NCBI GenBank assembly: GCA_035084275.1
Contig: CM068756.1
Coordinates: 6,324,001 to 6,388,000, forward strand
Direction: 5' to 3'
DNA: 64,000 nt
Origin: Hydrolagus colliei
Taxonomy: Eukaryota
Shown here: positions 14,111 through 28,272 of the stretch, in pieces
Layout of the letters: each line of letters begins with the position of its first letter
Numbering within the stretch: the first letter of the stretch is position 1
Notes under the pieces: generated by a model
Database searches by the model: none
Told to the model about the DNA's origin: nothing
What the model saw: the letters and a program-made list of their open reading frames with translations, nothing else
Made by a program: the position numbers and the translations under genes

Positions 14111-16214
14111 GGAGCAGGTGGTGGGTTTTATCTTGGTCATGAGCTTACAATTAACATTGCAAGTTTAGATATGTCGCAAAATGTTCAGCAAAATGGCAGC
14201 AACTGGTCAATTATTAATACAGTAATGCAGAGCTGTGATAGTAGTTCAATGTAACAACTCACACTGCCTGACCTCGCCAATGCCTGTATCTCTGATGCTC
14301 TAAATGTGCCATCCAGTTAGTGTAAACAATTGATGTAAATCGCATGTGGATTTCAACTGAAGATCCCAGACTCAGTACAAGAGTTGGTTAATGTAATCTC
14401 TGCCAACACATGAAGTGAGTCGAGGCAAGTCTCAGTAGAAATCTGGGGTGATGGTGGCAGGGAAATTATATTCATTTCAGGTCATCCTGACCCAAGCTGA
14501 ATGCAATCTCTATGCAGCTGAAAACATAAACAGGACTCGAGTGCACTTCGTATTTTCTTGTCATGTCATTTGCACTTTCATGAGACAGAGGAAATGGGCA
14601 GCTCTGGCAATAGAACGCTAAACAGTACTTGTGAACTCAAATGGAATAGTTTGACTGGGATTTGTACATAACAGTTCTCCTCTTTCCCTTTCCCAATTCT
14701 CAATTCATTTGTAAGGAGCCGCACCGACCTGTCGACTGATCACAGGGAAAGCATCGACACTGCCTTGTAGTGATTATTCTCTGGTATTTCAACTAAAGTA
14801 GGACAAATAAATGGGGGGGTGGGCAATAATGGAGGCTAATGTGTTATTCAATGGTTGTAACACCACACTGGAGGTCATTCCCTTAAACACGTAGTGATCC
14901 GTTTATATCTGCTGCTGAAAACTATATTTGCTGACTGTTTAACCTTTGGGCTTCAGCCATTTGTGTTTTACCTTCATATAAATGTGTGCATATCGGCAGA
15001 CAACATTATATTGTAAGCACATTCACCGGCATCAGTCTTAGCTACATGATGTCAGAAGGGAAACAGCGTATCCTTTTTATTGCTCTCTAAGGTCACTCAA
15101 AACTATTGCCCCCTGGATATGAGATACCAGGCAATGGTGAAAACTATTTTTAAGCATGTTTCTACTTTTTAGGTAGTCAAATCGAGATTCTAGCCTTAGG
15201 GTGTAATAATACCAAATGATGCTAATTAGAAAGGGGATTTTGTAATGTACTAGTGGTTATAGATTGATATGTGTGGGGATTTGTGACCACAGGAGGAATG
15301 AGTCCAAGGAAAGTCCTCCAGCGATGTGATTGATGTCAAAAAATTTCCCTTCTTTAAAGAGAATACTGAATGTTTCTTTTTAGTGTATTGCACACTAGGA
15401 CCTACAGTCACTTGCGGAGCAATGAGGATACAATATGGTGCATTAAATTAAAGCCATACAATTTCTAAGGCAGTGTTTAGAAACAAAGTTTAAGATAATA
15501 TTACAGATCCAAACTGTGTGTTCTAATTAAAGCGATTTAGGTTAAAAACGTAATAAATCCAGTTTTTTTTTCGCCTGTATTCCCAGTTTTCTTCTCTCCC
15601 CTCCCACAAAGTTAACTCTTCATCTATTGTTAGCTTTATTAACATGAAAAGTGTATTTGCAACTCAGCAACTCCTAGCTCCTAATGAAGACCCAAAGTTG
15701 TCCACCACTTCACTGTTGTTCTCATATCTAAGAAGGCTCTTCAAGGCCTTATCTTGCACTTTGACAAGATACAAGAAAACTGAATAGTCTGATACACTAT
15801 CTTCCCCAACCCTCTTACCTTCATCCTTTCTTTCTCTGACTTTTATCCTTACTACTCTAGTATTTGCTTCTCCGAACTTTCGTCTCTTTTTCCCCACTGA
15901 CACAGCATCAAACATGCTCTTTCTCCTCCATTCAATCTCACTGTGTTAGAACGATAGCTCATCGCATGGTTTTGTATTCCATATGTCCAGACTGTCAGAC
16001 TGTGGAACTCCATCTTCTTCAGTCACCCCTTTCTCATAAAATCCAGTTTATTTTAAATGCAAGCTTGGGCTCACCTAACCGTTTCCTTTCAATTAACTTA
16101 GCTACTCTTTTTAACCTTGGTGAATGTACAGCACTGCACAGACCTTAGCTATTCATCTCGGTTTGCAGCAATATATTTTTTAAAAGAGTCAGTCCAGTCA
16201 ATAATCACTTATAT

Positions 16215-16345
16215 TAATAAATAATAATAAACCTTGCATTTTGATATAGCACCTTATCATGTCAAGACATTCTCAAAGCAGCTCACATAATATACTGTAA
16301 AGTGAATTGACTGCACATTTTGTGGGTGAAAATAAAGCCACATAT
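16215..16345 (-). mobile_element. SINE 3' part
   Basis: (aat)n...ttgcattttgatatagcaccttatc...tgaattgactgcacattttgtgggtgaaa. Confidence 0.72.
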
Positions 16346-17179
16346 TCACAGCACTGATCACGAGTTTGAAAAGAAAGGAAGAAATTTCCAAACATCAACT
16401 GAATGACATATAATTCACATTGATTGGTAGATTTCAAACCATGGGCAAACACTTTATTGAGATGACAGCAGCACCAGACACAGAGAATGGAGTGTACCCT
16501 AAATTTAGGTGATCTATCAAAGCTCACAGTCCAACTTTTTAAGGGCTCGAATTAAATACTGAGGCATATTTCAATTTCAATGAGAATGAAATATGAAAGT
16601 AGATGTACTTTATAAAAATATTATTTAATCAAAACAATTTGTACTTTAAATAAATCGCATGGTCTTATTAATTTTCACTTCATGATATAAATTTTCCAGT
16701 TGTACTTTTTAAAAAAATTTGAGAGCGATGGCATCATTCCACTCCACACAGTTTACCTTCTTATGGCAAAATCAAACTACGTCCTCTCGACATGAAAGGC
16801 ACCATACAAATACTTCACCATATGTAATTTTGTTGTTGTGATTTAGAAAATGAGCGAATAGTCTCTATTGAGGACCCACACACCCTGTTAATATTTATCC
16901 CCTTTCATACATTTATGCTAAAATATATTTACTCCATGAAATTTTGTACAAATTGAAGGAATTTCTTAAAACTCCAGAAGAATTTAAGAATAAACCTGTG
17001 TATTAATCAAAATTTTACTGCACCCAACACTATTAGATTTCCATTGTCCACTTGAACTCAAATTGTATAATGTGCTTTCAAATTAAGAATGTACAATAGC
17101 TGCATTACTGTCTAACTTTTAGGTTGGTGATAATGAGGTGCCTAAATTGAACAATGGTGAGCTGACAAATTATATCATG

Positions 17180-17700
17180 GAACATTAAATTAGGAACAGA
17201 GGAGGCCATTGAGCTAGGGCCACTAGTTTATTAGATCTTGCCAGACCTTTTAATTCCAATGCCCCTCAACATACTGCTTGATACTCCCCAAAGTACCCAT
17301 CACTCTCTCTTTTAAATGTCCGTACTGATTCCACCTGTACAGCTTTCTGGTGCAGAGTATTCCACATCCTCACAACATTTTGTACTAACTGTACAGTAGA
17401 GTAGGTAATTCAGCCCAATAAGCCTGTACCACCATATTATTAGATCGTGGCTGCTCCATACCTCAACTCCAATTACCCGCCTTTGCCCCATAGTCCTTAA
17501 TACTTAACAAAAATCTACCCACCTCAGTCTTCAAAATTTGAATGGGTCCAGTAGCCGCAGCCTTTTGGGGGATATTTCTACAACATTTTGTGTGAAAAAA
17601 TGTTTCTTTATTTCAATCCTAAATGGCTTAACTCTAATTTTAAGATTATACCCCCTTGTTCTGGATTCCCCCACTGGAAGAAATCGTTTCTCTGTAGCTA
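17180..17700 (-). mobile_element. CR1-like LINE 3' remnants (probably two adjacent copies)
   Basis: ggaacagaggaggccatt... and gtaggtaattcagcccaataagcctgtaccaccatattattagatcgtggctg... resemble antisense CR1 3' ends of cartilaginous fishes; short relatives at ~55575-55625 and ~59000-59070. Confidence 0.6.
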
Positions 17701-20700
17701 TATGTGTAGGGCTCTTGCAGCCCCAATTCCAGCTCTAATTTAAAATCGGATACACAAGGTGTTAACTGTCTTTCAGATGCTGATTGAACGGCTGTGGGTT
17801 TCCAGTATCTTTATTTCCGATTCCTTAGCAATTCCGGATTTTCTGTTTTTTAAAAAACCACAAGCCATTTGCTAAGTCCATTTTAAACATTTGTGATAAG
17901 CAGGATATTGACCGTTTCCCAGTTTTATCAATAATGATTTTACACCGATGAGACTTGGATTTCACAGTGCAGGTCCCCCCAGAAAGTAATGAGCATTAGC
18001 AAGTCATTTTGGCTTTGTTTTTGAAGAAATCATTAATTTCCTGCTTCTTTTATAATTGTCTTTGTCTTTCAACAAGGAAAACAGGTCAGCATCCCTGATG
18101 GTAAAATATAACAATCATTTTACGTTTTTTTGACACACACATTTTATATGTGGGTAAAAAATATATGTGACATATTTTACATAAATACACACATTTTAAT
18201 TCCTCTGAAGAAATGCATTTTGTATTCTTTCATATAAAATGTGATTCTCTTCTGCATTCCATCCACACATAATTCATTTTCTAATGGAAATATTTATTTT
18301 GTAAATCAAATATGTACTATGCACAGAATGCAAAGCACAAACTACATTATGTTAATGAAATGGAAGAGATATGAAATGCATATTTCATGGAGAAAACAAA
18401 AACCTTAGCACACATGCTTTTCTTGATAGCATCTTTAAACAAAATCTCATTTGGTTGGTAACATATTGCAGAAGCAGACAGCACCTTATTAAAATAGTTT
18501 CCTTTAAGATTGCTGCATAGTATATAGAGGACTGTAAATAACCACCGAGGAGGAGGAAACAGTAATGAAATACTGTTCTATCTGAAGCTTGGCACTTATG
18601 TCAGCAGAAATTAGTAGTATTTGGTCATTGGAAAAGGGTGCACAAAAGCAAGGAAAAGACTATCAATGATTGCGCACTTTTATAGACAAAGCAAGCAGCT
18701 GACCGAGCAAAAGACGATAAGGATAACAGTTATAGGCAGGAAATTGTGCTAACCTTACAATAGGCTAGCAAGGCAATGCTTTTATATTATATCTCAGTTA
18801 CATTTAATGAATAATATATTCTGGAGGTGTTGTTTACCTGATCACCATGCTAATGAAATTGCATGTAGGTGCTTTCTACCTCACCATCTGATAAATTAAG
18901 CTTGCGTGTAGGTAGCTTTCAACTGACCTTTGTGTGCATATACCATTACAGTTTGTCAATTGATCAACTAACATTCTGCCAATAATTCTGAACTTGTGGT
19001 AAATACACAAACCAACTGAGACACTGAAAGGAAACCTTATTCTGTGAGCTTTTTTTAAAAAAATTAAGGCAGCACAATATTATCTGAATCTAAAACATAA
19101 TTTGGTCAGGATTTTCAGTTTTCTTGGAATGGTTGCTGATTTATGAGACTTCAGCGAGGTCAGCTTCATTTCACAAATTTGTGTTGAGAATAACAATCTG
19201 GTAAGCACAGCGAATTTCATTTAAATGAATGCTGATCAGCAATACTTTTAAACAAAACTAATCTGACTAGTGCAGTACCTCAAGCAGTTGAGCACTTAAG
19301 GTGCATTAATACTCATTCAGAACAGGTATGAATTGTACTCCACCAGAACCAACCTCCTCCAGGTGGTTTCAGGGGTAGCTCTGCAGCATCAATCTCAGTG
19401 CCTGAGTCCTATTCTTACTGCGGTAGTTCACCACCAAGAATAACATTAAGAACACGGAGTACAAATGACAATTTAACACTGATTTCATGGACAATCGTGC
19501 ATCCAAGAATTTTTCTTGGTCCTATGAGGAACTGGAATTGAATTGTATTTGCAATAAGATCTTAGGGCAGTCTGCTAACTCACTATGCTACTTGATCCCC
19601 TTAAGGTTTTACATTTCAAAGAAATATTCACTTCTGAACAGTGTTTTGCGTGCTGAATTCTTATGTAAAAATCAGTTGCGTGTTTTATTTTTAAAGCAGC
19701 ATATATTGAACTGGTTATGAAACAGAAACTTCCTTGCCTTGAGCTGTCAAACAATTGAATACTCGCAAGGCTCGAAAAAAAAGGAGTATGTGCATTAAAT
19801 ATTTTAAACAGGTACATTGCAATGCAATTTTAATTATATGTGTGATATCACAATCCGACAGATAAAAAAATTGCTGGATAAAGAAAAGCTCATTCCTGGA
19901 TGGAAATTCTGTGAGATATTTTTAAATGTCCCAGCAATTAAGGTGTCTGTAATATTGCCTGAACCAGAAATACCAGGCAATCTGTACGAGTTACATTAAA
20001 AGCTGAACAGTTTGCATCCATTCTACCGTCTGTTACTCTGCAGAAACTGTGCTCATTGTATGGATCTATGAAAGATTTTGTACCCGGACAGTGCAACCAT
20101 CAGGTCGAACAGATGCAGTACTAATTTCAGAGACATGGTGGAAATCAGCAGTGACTGTAGGGATTCAGTAGGTAACAGTCACAAGGAGAGGTAAACAATA
20201 GTGCCCTTTAATTAACTGAACCATCTAGAAGAGGTGCATTGCACTTTATACCTTTCAAAATACGTGCATCTTTTCTAGCTGTGCAAACATATTTTCTGTA
20301 AAAAATATATATTTTTTTGCCCTTTATTTTAACCCTCGGACTTCTGTGATCAGAGTGAAATGTGGGTTTCTAATCTATCGACTGGATAAAATTTTGCTTT
20401 TGAGATGTGAGTTTGGTGATTTGATTCCGAGACTCTGCCGATCTCCAAATAAGGGACAAAAGAGGATTTGAAGCAAATCGCAATCCTGATCTATTGCACT
20501 GCCTACCCCTGCAAGTGATCTATGTGACAACCCACACACAGTAATTAGTTTATTTGATGAACCTCACAGCTCTTTCCAGAAATGTGAAAAAAAAGTAAAT
20601 TACAGTACAGAAAACTTCTTTGATAGATTCTCTTCCCTCCACACAGTGCAACAGCGGAACACATGACTTGTGTTCCTTGTGACAGGGAGAGGTGGACAAT

Positions 20701-20954
20701 AACTCCCGTTCACAGGGCCTCAGCAATGTATGACAAGCTAAAGAATTAGCTATGCAAATGAAGATTCATTTACATTACACAAAACCTGACCTATAAGGGT
20801 ACTCTGGTGGGTTCATGTGCTGTGGCATTAAAACCGGATCCTCAGATCTCCAAACCAGCTATTTTAGTGTGAGAAAGCCCAGAGAAATATTCAAATGTTT
20901 CTAATAAAATGGGAGATAATGGGAAGGAGGATAATCTCTAAATATTCTCATTTT

Positions 20955-21020
20955 GCGCCTTGGGACATCCTCCTGACGTGAAAGGCGCTATACAAGTGTG
21001 ATTTTGTTGTTGTTTTTGTT
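20955..21020 (+). mobile_element. L2 3' tail fragment
   Basis: gcgccttgggacatcctcctgacgtgaaaggcgctatacaagtgtgattttgttgttg. Confidence 0.8.
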
Positions 21021-21569
21021 ATCTACCTCCTTGTGGCGAAGCTTGGATGCACTAGTGCATTGTTGGGGTTAAGTTTCTGTTTGTCAGTCTTGGTTGTCTT
21101 TCATGGATTGGACAAAGGAGCTCAAAAAAGGGAGAGAGAGAAAAAAATATAGGAGTCTCTTCCCTCGAACCAAAAATGTGATTCATGAAAGAGAAGCAAT
21201 GCTGATACAAAAAAGTGAGCATCTAAATGTACTCAATAGTCAATCTTGATGCATCTCAGCCATGTGGATTAGATTTCAAAGATCCACGTCATATAAAATG
21301 CTGGACTGGGATCCATTAGAAAGAGCCAGAGCCAGGCATTACAAGAGATCTGGTCTATGCTAGAATAAAAAATAGAAAAGGCACCTAAAATGCACCATTT
21401 ATTCATAGTTTTCCAGTTTTACACCATGTACCATTTTTCTGACAGGGTTTTGCTAAATTGCTTGGAAAGTGATGGATACACAAGCTGAGGTGCACAAGTG
21501 TAGTCTATCTGACAGTTTGACCTTGATCTTGGTGGGTTGAGTCCAGTAGTGCAGTTGACCATCACATTT

Positions 21570-21672
21570 CCCCCACAAAATCAAGAGTTAATTCACTTTA
21601 CAATATATTCTGTGAATCACTTTTGGACATCTCAACAATGTGATAAGGCGCTATATGAAATGCAAGGATTAT
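21570..21672 (+). mobile_element. SINE 3' part
   Basis: aattcactttacaatatattctgtgaatcacttttggacatctc...gataaggcgctatatgaaatgcaaggattatt. Confidence 0.72.
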
Positions 21673-24489
21673 TTTTACCTTGTTTTGCCCACATACATAT
21701 ACAGTCAATTCACTCTAAACCAGTTTTATAGAGTGAAGCCAAGACAGGTTTGTTGGAAGTAAGTGCCACTGTTATAATGTGACATCCAAATCATGCTGTG
21801 TGTAGGCTTTTTTTCTTTTTTAAATCATAACAGGTTCAAAATAGACAGAGCATTTGTGCACCTCCAAATATCAGTTCAATTGATATAAAAGTGATGTAGG
21901 GAAGGGTTTTACTGTAGTAAGTTCATGAATATTTATTTATGTTTTGTACTGCTGGTACAATATTCAAAACAACATCTCAAATTACTCTGCCTAATGTTTT
22001 GGCATGGGTGCCAATAATAATCAAAAATAATATTAAATCCTTTCCTTTAAAACAAAACCATTAAAACATACTGTTCAGCGTGTGCTGTTAAAATGAGAAG
22101 CTATAAATAGGACGGGCATTAAACAGTAGCAAGAGATGTATGCGGGGAATATGACCAACAGCATATTGTTGTCTGTTGGTATCATATGAAGGTCAATTTG
22201 AGATGTGATTGTTTGGCACAGCAGCAGTGAGTTATGCCACCAAGACAAGCTTTTAACCCTGTGCCTTTACACTCACACAGACCTACAGGGATCTGCACTC
22301 TTTAAACAGTTCTGCATTGAAGAAGATTCAATCATTCTAATGAATCAAAGACCAGCCAGCAATCTACTGCTGAAAGAATTTCAAAGAGATTATAGAATTT
22401 TTTATATAATATGTTCAACTCGTGGTGTAAATGCTTGTGTGGGTGAATCAATTATCCTAGAACTTTGTAGTCATAACATTTACAATATGTCATTTTCAGG
22501 TACAATAAAACTGGCTGTTTCTTTAAACTAGTCTAGTCTTTGAAAGCTTGGGTTGAAAACAGTACTTATTGTAACATATTAGCCTCGACATTCTATTCAA
22601 GCTGAAAGGCCTGAGTTTTTTTTCTCAAAACCAGATAAATTTAGCTCACTTTTACCAGTTATGATTCCAAGATACAGTTTGATCATCACAAATTCAGAAT
22701 ATATTATAATACATGACCTATTATAAAGATGAGTAAGCTCATTCTGTCTCATGCAACTGATAGAGAATGAAAGATGTTAAATACTTTGCTTCAATGAAAT
22801 CAAAGCTCTGTTAAAGAAAAACCTTTTTAATGTAACACAGGGGATATTAAAAATACATTAAAATCGGGAATTATCTTATCTCTCTAAAACTGTAATGTAA
22901 AAAATAGACTAAAACCTATATTAAACTTAGTCACGCAGAAGATATAGCAGCCGTATAATAGCAGTATTGTTTGCTCTGATAGGCTGAGGTACATTATGCA
23001 TGACTTACCCATCTTTCTGTATTTTATTCATTCTTTTCTCTTTACACCTTTGATATTTTAAGTAGTTTTCCCCACTCAGTAAAGATAAGTAAATGTGATA
23101 TAAGCTATTTCAAAAGTTTTAAAGGTCTACTAAGAAACCATGCAATCAATTATAAGGCTGTTTTTAAGTTCTTTATTTGGAAAAAAAAAGTATTATAGGA
23201 TGTCAGGAGATTATTTATCTTTCTTTCCTTTTCTTTTCTTTCCTCCCTAAATTGTTGTCAAGGGAAAATACAGTACAGCTAAATCCATACAGAATTGGTC
23301 TCTAACAACACTTATTTTCTTAAAAAACAAACTTGATTCGCCAATAGGTTAGCCAAACCAATACAACTATTTAACAAAACTGAGTTTTTTTCTAACAGTG
23401 ATTAAGATCATAGCCTTGATATTTTTAATCATGTTTCCAAGATCAGGAGCCTTGATCTTTACAATGTTACTTCTGGGAGCCCTGAACCAGCCCGCGCATT
23501 TATTCTGATAAAAGCTATTTGACACGGGACAGAAGCTATACCTCTTCGTAGAGCTTCAGCGTCCAGTTTCATTGAGCTCAAGAATAATTTGAAATGCAAC
23601 TTTTCCTTCCCATAGTATTCTGAGTTGCATTGTTTTTTTTCTACATGGAATGGGTTATTCCAGTTTAAAGCATTGCAAATACTGGCTGCTTTAGTATCCG
23701 TGAATAAATGTGAAAGGATACTTCTAATAGATTAATATATTTTTTAAATGGGATATTTGAGGGGAAAGCATTATGTGAAAATGTGAGATTATGAAGGGAT
23801 GAACTGCATACTGCAGCTTTAATACTGTTATTTTTAGCTTCCAGCTTCAATTTCATTGATTTTGTTTGTATCAAGCTGAAGAATCCTACTCAATAGATCA
23901 GAGACATCTTAACAGCCTCACTGCACTTTCAATATTTCCCATTTATGCCATAGCTTTCTCACATTCACTATATAAGTGAATCTAGGTTCACTATTAATCG
24001 GAGCAAGGGTTAACTAAAAACATACGCACAGAGAGTGGAAATGATCTTGCTGTGACTATATTTTACAAATTTGCTCCATATTTAACATTGTCAATGTAAA
24101 TGGCTAAAATGAAGTAACTGGACATAAAATATTCTCATTAAAAGCAATGGGGTGTGAAACTGGTACAGAGCAGTATATACAGGGTAGTGAATGCTCTGGT
24201 AACAGCCAGCAAAATAACCTTGTTAACATCCACATGATACTTTGTTTGGAAGGGGGAATTTTTGTGTTTGTCAAGGTGAGGAGAATGGAATATTTTCCTA
24301 TCCTGCCTTTGAACATTAGCAACAAGCAAACCTAGTCTAAGCATTGCAGAATCCTGATGCAAAGTAAAACTCCCTCAATTCTGCGCAATCAACATTCCTC
24401 TGTTTCAACCTCAACAAACTATTACTGCTATGATTCATGCACATTATTTTCCATTTCTCACACCAACCATCAATAAGCATATCTCAGTT

Positions 24490-25645
24490 TGAACTCACAG
24501 TCTAGGCTGACACCTTGGCTGGTTCAACTCTTACCTCTTTCACGGTCTCCACTTTGTCGCCAATAATGGCTTCTGCTCCAGTCCCCACTCTGTCACCTAT
24601 GTCAACCCACAGGGCTCTGTCCTTGGCCCCCTACTTTTCAATATCTATATGCTCTCCCTTGGTGACATCACCCACAGACATGGGGTCAACTTCCACTTGC
24701 ATGCGGATGACACCCAACTCTATCTTTCTGCCTCTACCCTCGATTTCAGGATCACTGCTGTCAGACATCAAGTCCTTCATGAGAGCTAACTTTCTACAGT
24801 TGAATGTCAACAAGACAGAGGTTTTCTTGATTGGCTCGCGCCAGCGCCTTCACAACTCAGGCGCTAGCAACATCAACCTCCATGGTTGCACACTCCACCT
24901 CACCAAGCCAGTCAGGAGCCTAGGTATCTTGTTCGATCCTCAACTTTTTTTCCCCCCCAAAACCAAGCCATGACCCGATGTGCGTTACCTCACCTCCGCA
25001 ATATTGCCCAACTCCGCTATTACTTCACCCCTCAGGCCAGTGAAACTCTTATTTATGCCTTCATCATGTCGAGGCTCGATTACATCAACGCCTTGCATAT
25101 CTGCCTTCCCAACTCCTCCCTCCATAGGCTGCAGATCATCCAGAACTCTGCAGCCCATGTCGTCTACCACACCAAGCTCCTTGACCCCATCTTATCCATT
25201 CTTGTCTTACTCCATTGGCTCCCCATCACCCAGAGGATTCAATTCAAGATCCTGGTCCTCACTTTTAAATCCCTCCATGGTCTTGCCCCACCCTACCTCT
25301 GTGACCTCCTAACCCCCTACCAACCTGCCCACATCCTCCGTTCAGTGGCCTCTGGCCTGCTCCTTGTCTGGCAAGCCACCCGCCCCATCAGCCTTCAGCC
25401 ACTCTACCCCTAACCTCTGGAATTCCATCCCGCGGTCCCTCCACCTCACCTCCTCCCTAGCCTCCTTCGTCCCACCTCAAGACCCTCCTCTTCGACGTTT
25501 CCATTGGTCACCCCTGACTCCCCTCCTTTCCCTCCACCCTCCCCACTCCTGACACCAGCTCAGGTTTGAAACACTGACTGTCCAGCGCCTTTGGATGTTC
25601 TCCCGATGTGAAAGGAGCCATACAAATGTTGTTTTGGTGGTGTTG
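24490..25645 (+). mobile_element. L2-clade LINE, 5'-truncated and frameshifted (RT C-terminal part plus 3' tail)
   Basis: Translates PQGSVLGPLLFNIYMLSLGDITHRHGVNFHLHADDTQLYLS, NFLQLNVNKTEV, SRLDYINAL, LHWLPITQRIQFKILVLTFKSLHGLAPPYL; ends in a (ttg)n-like tail. Confidence 0.93.
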
Positions 25646-25992
25646 TTGACACTCCAGTACAATGTTGGGGGTTTGCTGAAGTGTTAGAGGTCCCGCCTGC
25701 CTGTTCAGGTGGACATTAAAGATCCCACACCACTATTCAAAAAGAGAATGGATTTTCTCTCAGTGTCATGGCAAACAATCTTCTAAATTGTCATTCGCTT
25801 CATGATTCATAATCATTGCACTTTACAGTAAAACCTTATGAAGCGAGTTTGATATGTTCTCCCTACCTGCAAGAATATTATTATAAGTAGTAAGTGGACT
25901 GACACTGCCCAAAGGCATTTCACAGAGGACCTTTACAGCAAGCAGAGAGACTTCTATCCCATCAGCCTGGACTAAATTTGACAACTCTGTAC

Positions 25993-26481
25993 TAGGGTCC
26001 ATCAATATGGAAATTTTCCGATATCAATATATCGGTGGATTCATATCAATTATATACCGGTCTATCGATATCACCGGGTTTTTATCTTGTGCACATGCGC
26101 GGAAATGGTGTTTAGTGGGAGGAGGGGGAATGACCGGTCTGCGCATGTCTGATTGTGTTTGGTGGTGGGGGAAGGGAAGAAGATATGCGTGCTCTATACC
26201 CAGGAGGTTTGTGATGCCGGCGACAAAGTATGTTAAATGCTATCCATGTTTTTTTTGTTAGTTTAAGGGAGCGTAATGGGCATTTGAACAGTTGGTTGTA
26301 TATTTTCTGTATGCTATAACATGGCATTTGTTGACAATATACCGATATTTTGTGGATATACCGATATTTTATCTATACAGAATTTTTCGATATACCGATA
26401 TATTAAAATTTCCAATATCAGTATATCGATATGAAAAGTTATAACGATATAACCGATATATCGATATATCGACGGACACTA
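25993..26481. mobile_element. Non-autonomous hAT-type DNA transposon (MITE)
   Basis: 8 bp TSD ctctgtac (25985-25992, 26482-26489); imperfect TIR TAGGGTCCATCAATAT / TAGTGTCCGTCGATAT; many subterminal ccgatat repeats. Confidence 0.9.
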
Positions 26482-28155
26482 CTCTGTACTGAACCATACA
26501 TTATAACCCATCAATACCAATTGACAGGCATGGTGTTTTCTCTCCCATATCCACTACCAATGAGCACAACTTGAAAAAAGACTTTGTGTCTGGTATAACA
26601 GCCTCACAAAGTAATTGTAGCAAAAAACAAAACAATTATAATCCATTTAGTTTCGCAATGTGAACAACATCTAAAAGGAAATTTAATAATAGTACATTTT
26701 GAAACAATCAAGTTTTACTTCTCTGCCACTCACATTCGAGTTTGTTATTCAAAACTATCAGGTGATGAGAACCAGGATAGTTTGTATTTCATTTGAAATT
26801 AAAGGCAAGGTGCATTGCAGATGTCTCTGTGATAGTTATGTTCAATCATGGAAGGGAAACCATTTTGACCCAAAATAGACAAGGTATTACTGCAAAAGCC
26901 ATTTTTCTTTTCACAGTATGTTACTTTCATTTATCCTTGTGTTTTTCCTCCTTTGTCACCTTATATGAGTGGGTGGCAAGCAAAGCAAACTTGCAGGGAC
27001 AAAGAACTCCATTCAATATCCCAAATATGTAGTTGGCATAACGGCATTGCTATAGAGCAGAAGCCCACATACTTGAACAGTGACTAATATCTTCGAACGT
27101 TATCTTCCACCTATGTTTATTCTATTCCGCCTCCCTGAAACACATAACACTGGAATCTCTGACTGTTCTCTGATCTGCCTTTGTTTTTCTCCCAAACTTT
27201 CCATCAACAGCAGTTCATTAACTGTTAATAGTCAATCAACTGCCCCTCGAGTCCTTTTTTTATATAACTTCTTCCTTATGTCTCTTTCTTTCCTATTCAT
27301 TTCAGGTCTGATTAAGGAATGTATGCAAAATATAAACCTACTTTTTGCCTTTGCAGATGTTAGTTGAGCCTCTGTGAATTTCCAGCAGTTTTTGATTTTA
27401 TTTCAGATATTCAGCAATTTGCAAGTTTTTTCCTCTTTCTATTTTGAAAACAAATCTTCCAGTCACATGAGAGGTCTAGGCACTTTAATTTCCAGTAAAA
27501 TACTTGGTCCAGTGCCAATAACCTTGTAAAAATAAAATAAAAATCTCTTTATGATAAGAAACCACAGAGCAATACTTGGAAGTAATAAATGACAGTAACA
27601 TAATACTGTATACAAAATCAACCACCTACATTTAAAGGGGAAAAAGCTCAACATTTTAAAAATGGAGATATGTTGTGTATTCAAAAGAAACAGAATCAAG
27701 AAACTTTCGCAGTATGCATAGCTGCCCATAGTTCATTCTGGTGATTTATTACATCATTCAAACCCTTTGAATGTTACAGCTTCGCGAAATACCCAGAGTA
27801 ATCTTTTATTCGTTTTTATAAATCCTTTGATTGACTGGTTTTAAATCATGTCCAATAGAAAGTCTATTCTGGCTGGTGACCCTTTTAGTGAGAATCACCA
27901 ACTCACATGGATTGAAGTGTTAACAGTTTTAAGAAGGCACTTTTAAGGAACTACAAACTCGGAGTTCTTATTGCTACTAAATGTACCAAGGTTTGATGGC
28001 ACGCACTTAAAATTGGTTTTCGCACTATAAGCACACAGTACCTCGATGTCAGTGTACTTATTCTGCATTTGTAATAGTTGAAGAGGTTAGTGATATGCAG
28101 CTGGATTGCCTGATGTGTACCTCCAGTTCCATTTGATACCTAATAGGAGCCACAA

Positions 28156-28272
28156 AATAATAATAATCCTTTCACTTGATATAGCGCCTTATCACACCGG
28201 TGAGACGTTTCAAAGTGATTCACAGAGTATACAGAATTGTAAAGTGGAGTGACTGTGTATATGTGGATGAAA
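28156..28272 (-). mobile_element. SINE 3' part
   Basis: aataataataatcctttcacttgatatagcgccttatc...gagacgtttcaaagtgattcacaga. Confidence 0.75.

Noticed and set aside
15660-16090. Pyrimidine-rich stretch resembling an old L2 remnant
   Set aside because: Too degenerate to assign family or boundaries by eye.
76-24400. Many short ORFs (60-143 aa) in the left part
   Set aside because: No recognisable domains or exon chains; composition is what chance ORFs in AT-rich non-coding DNA look like.
24515-25552. ORFs of 152-175 aa as a host gene
   Set aside because: Frameshifted pieces of L2 ORF2.
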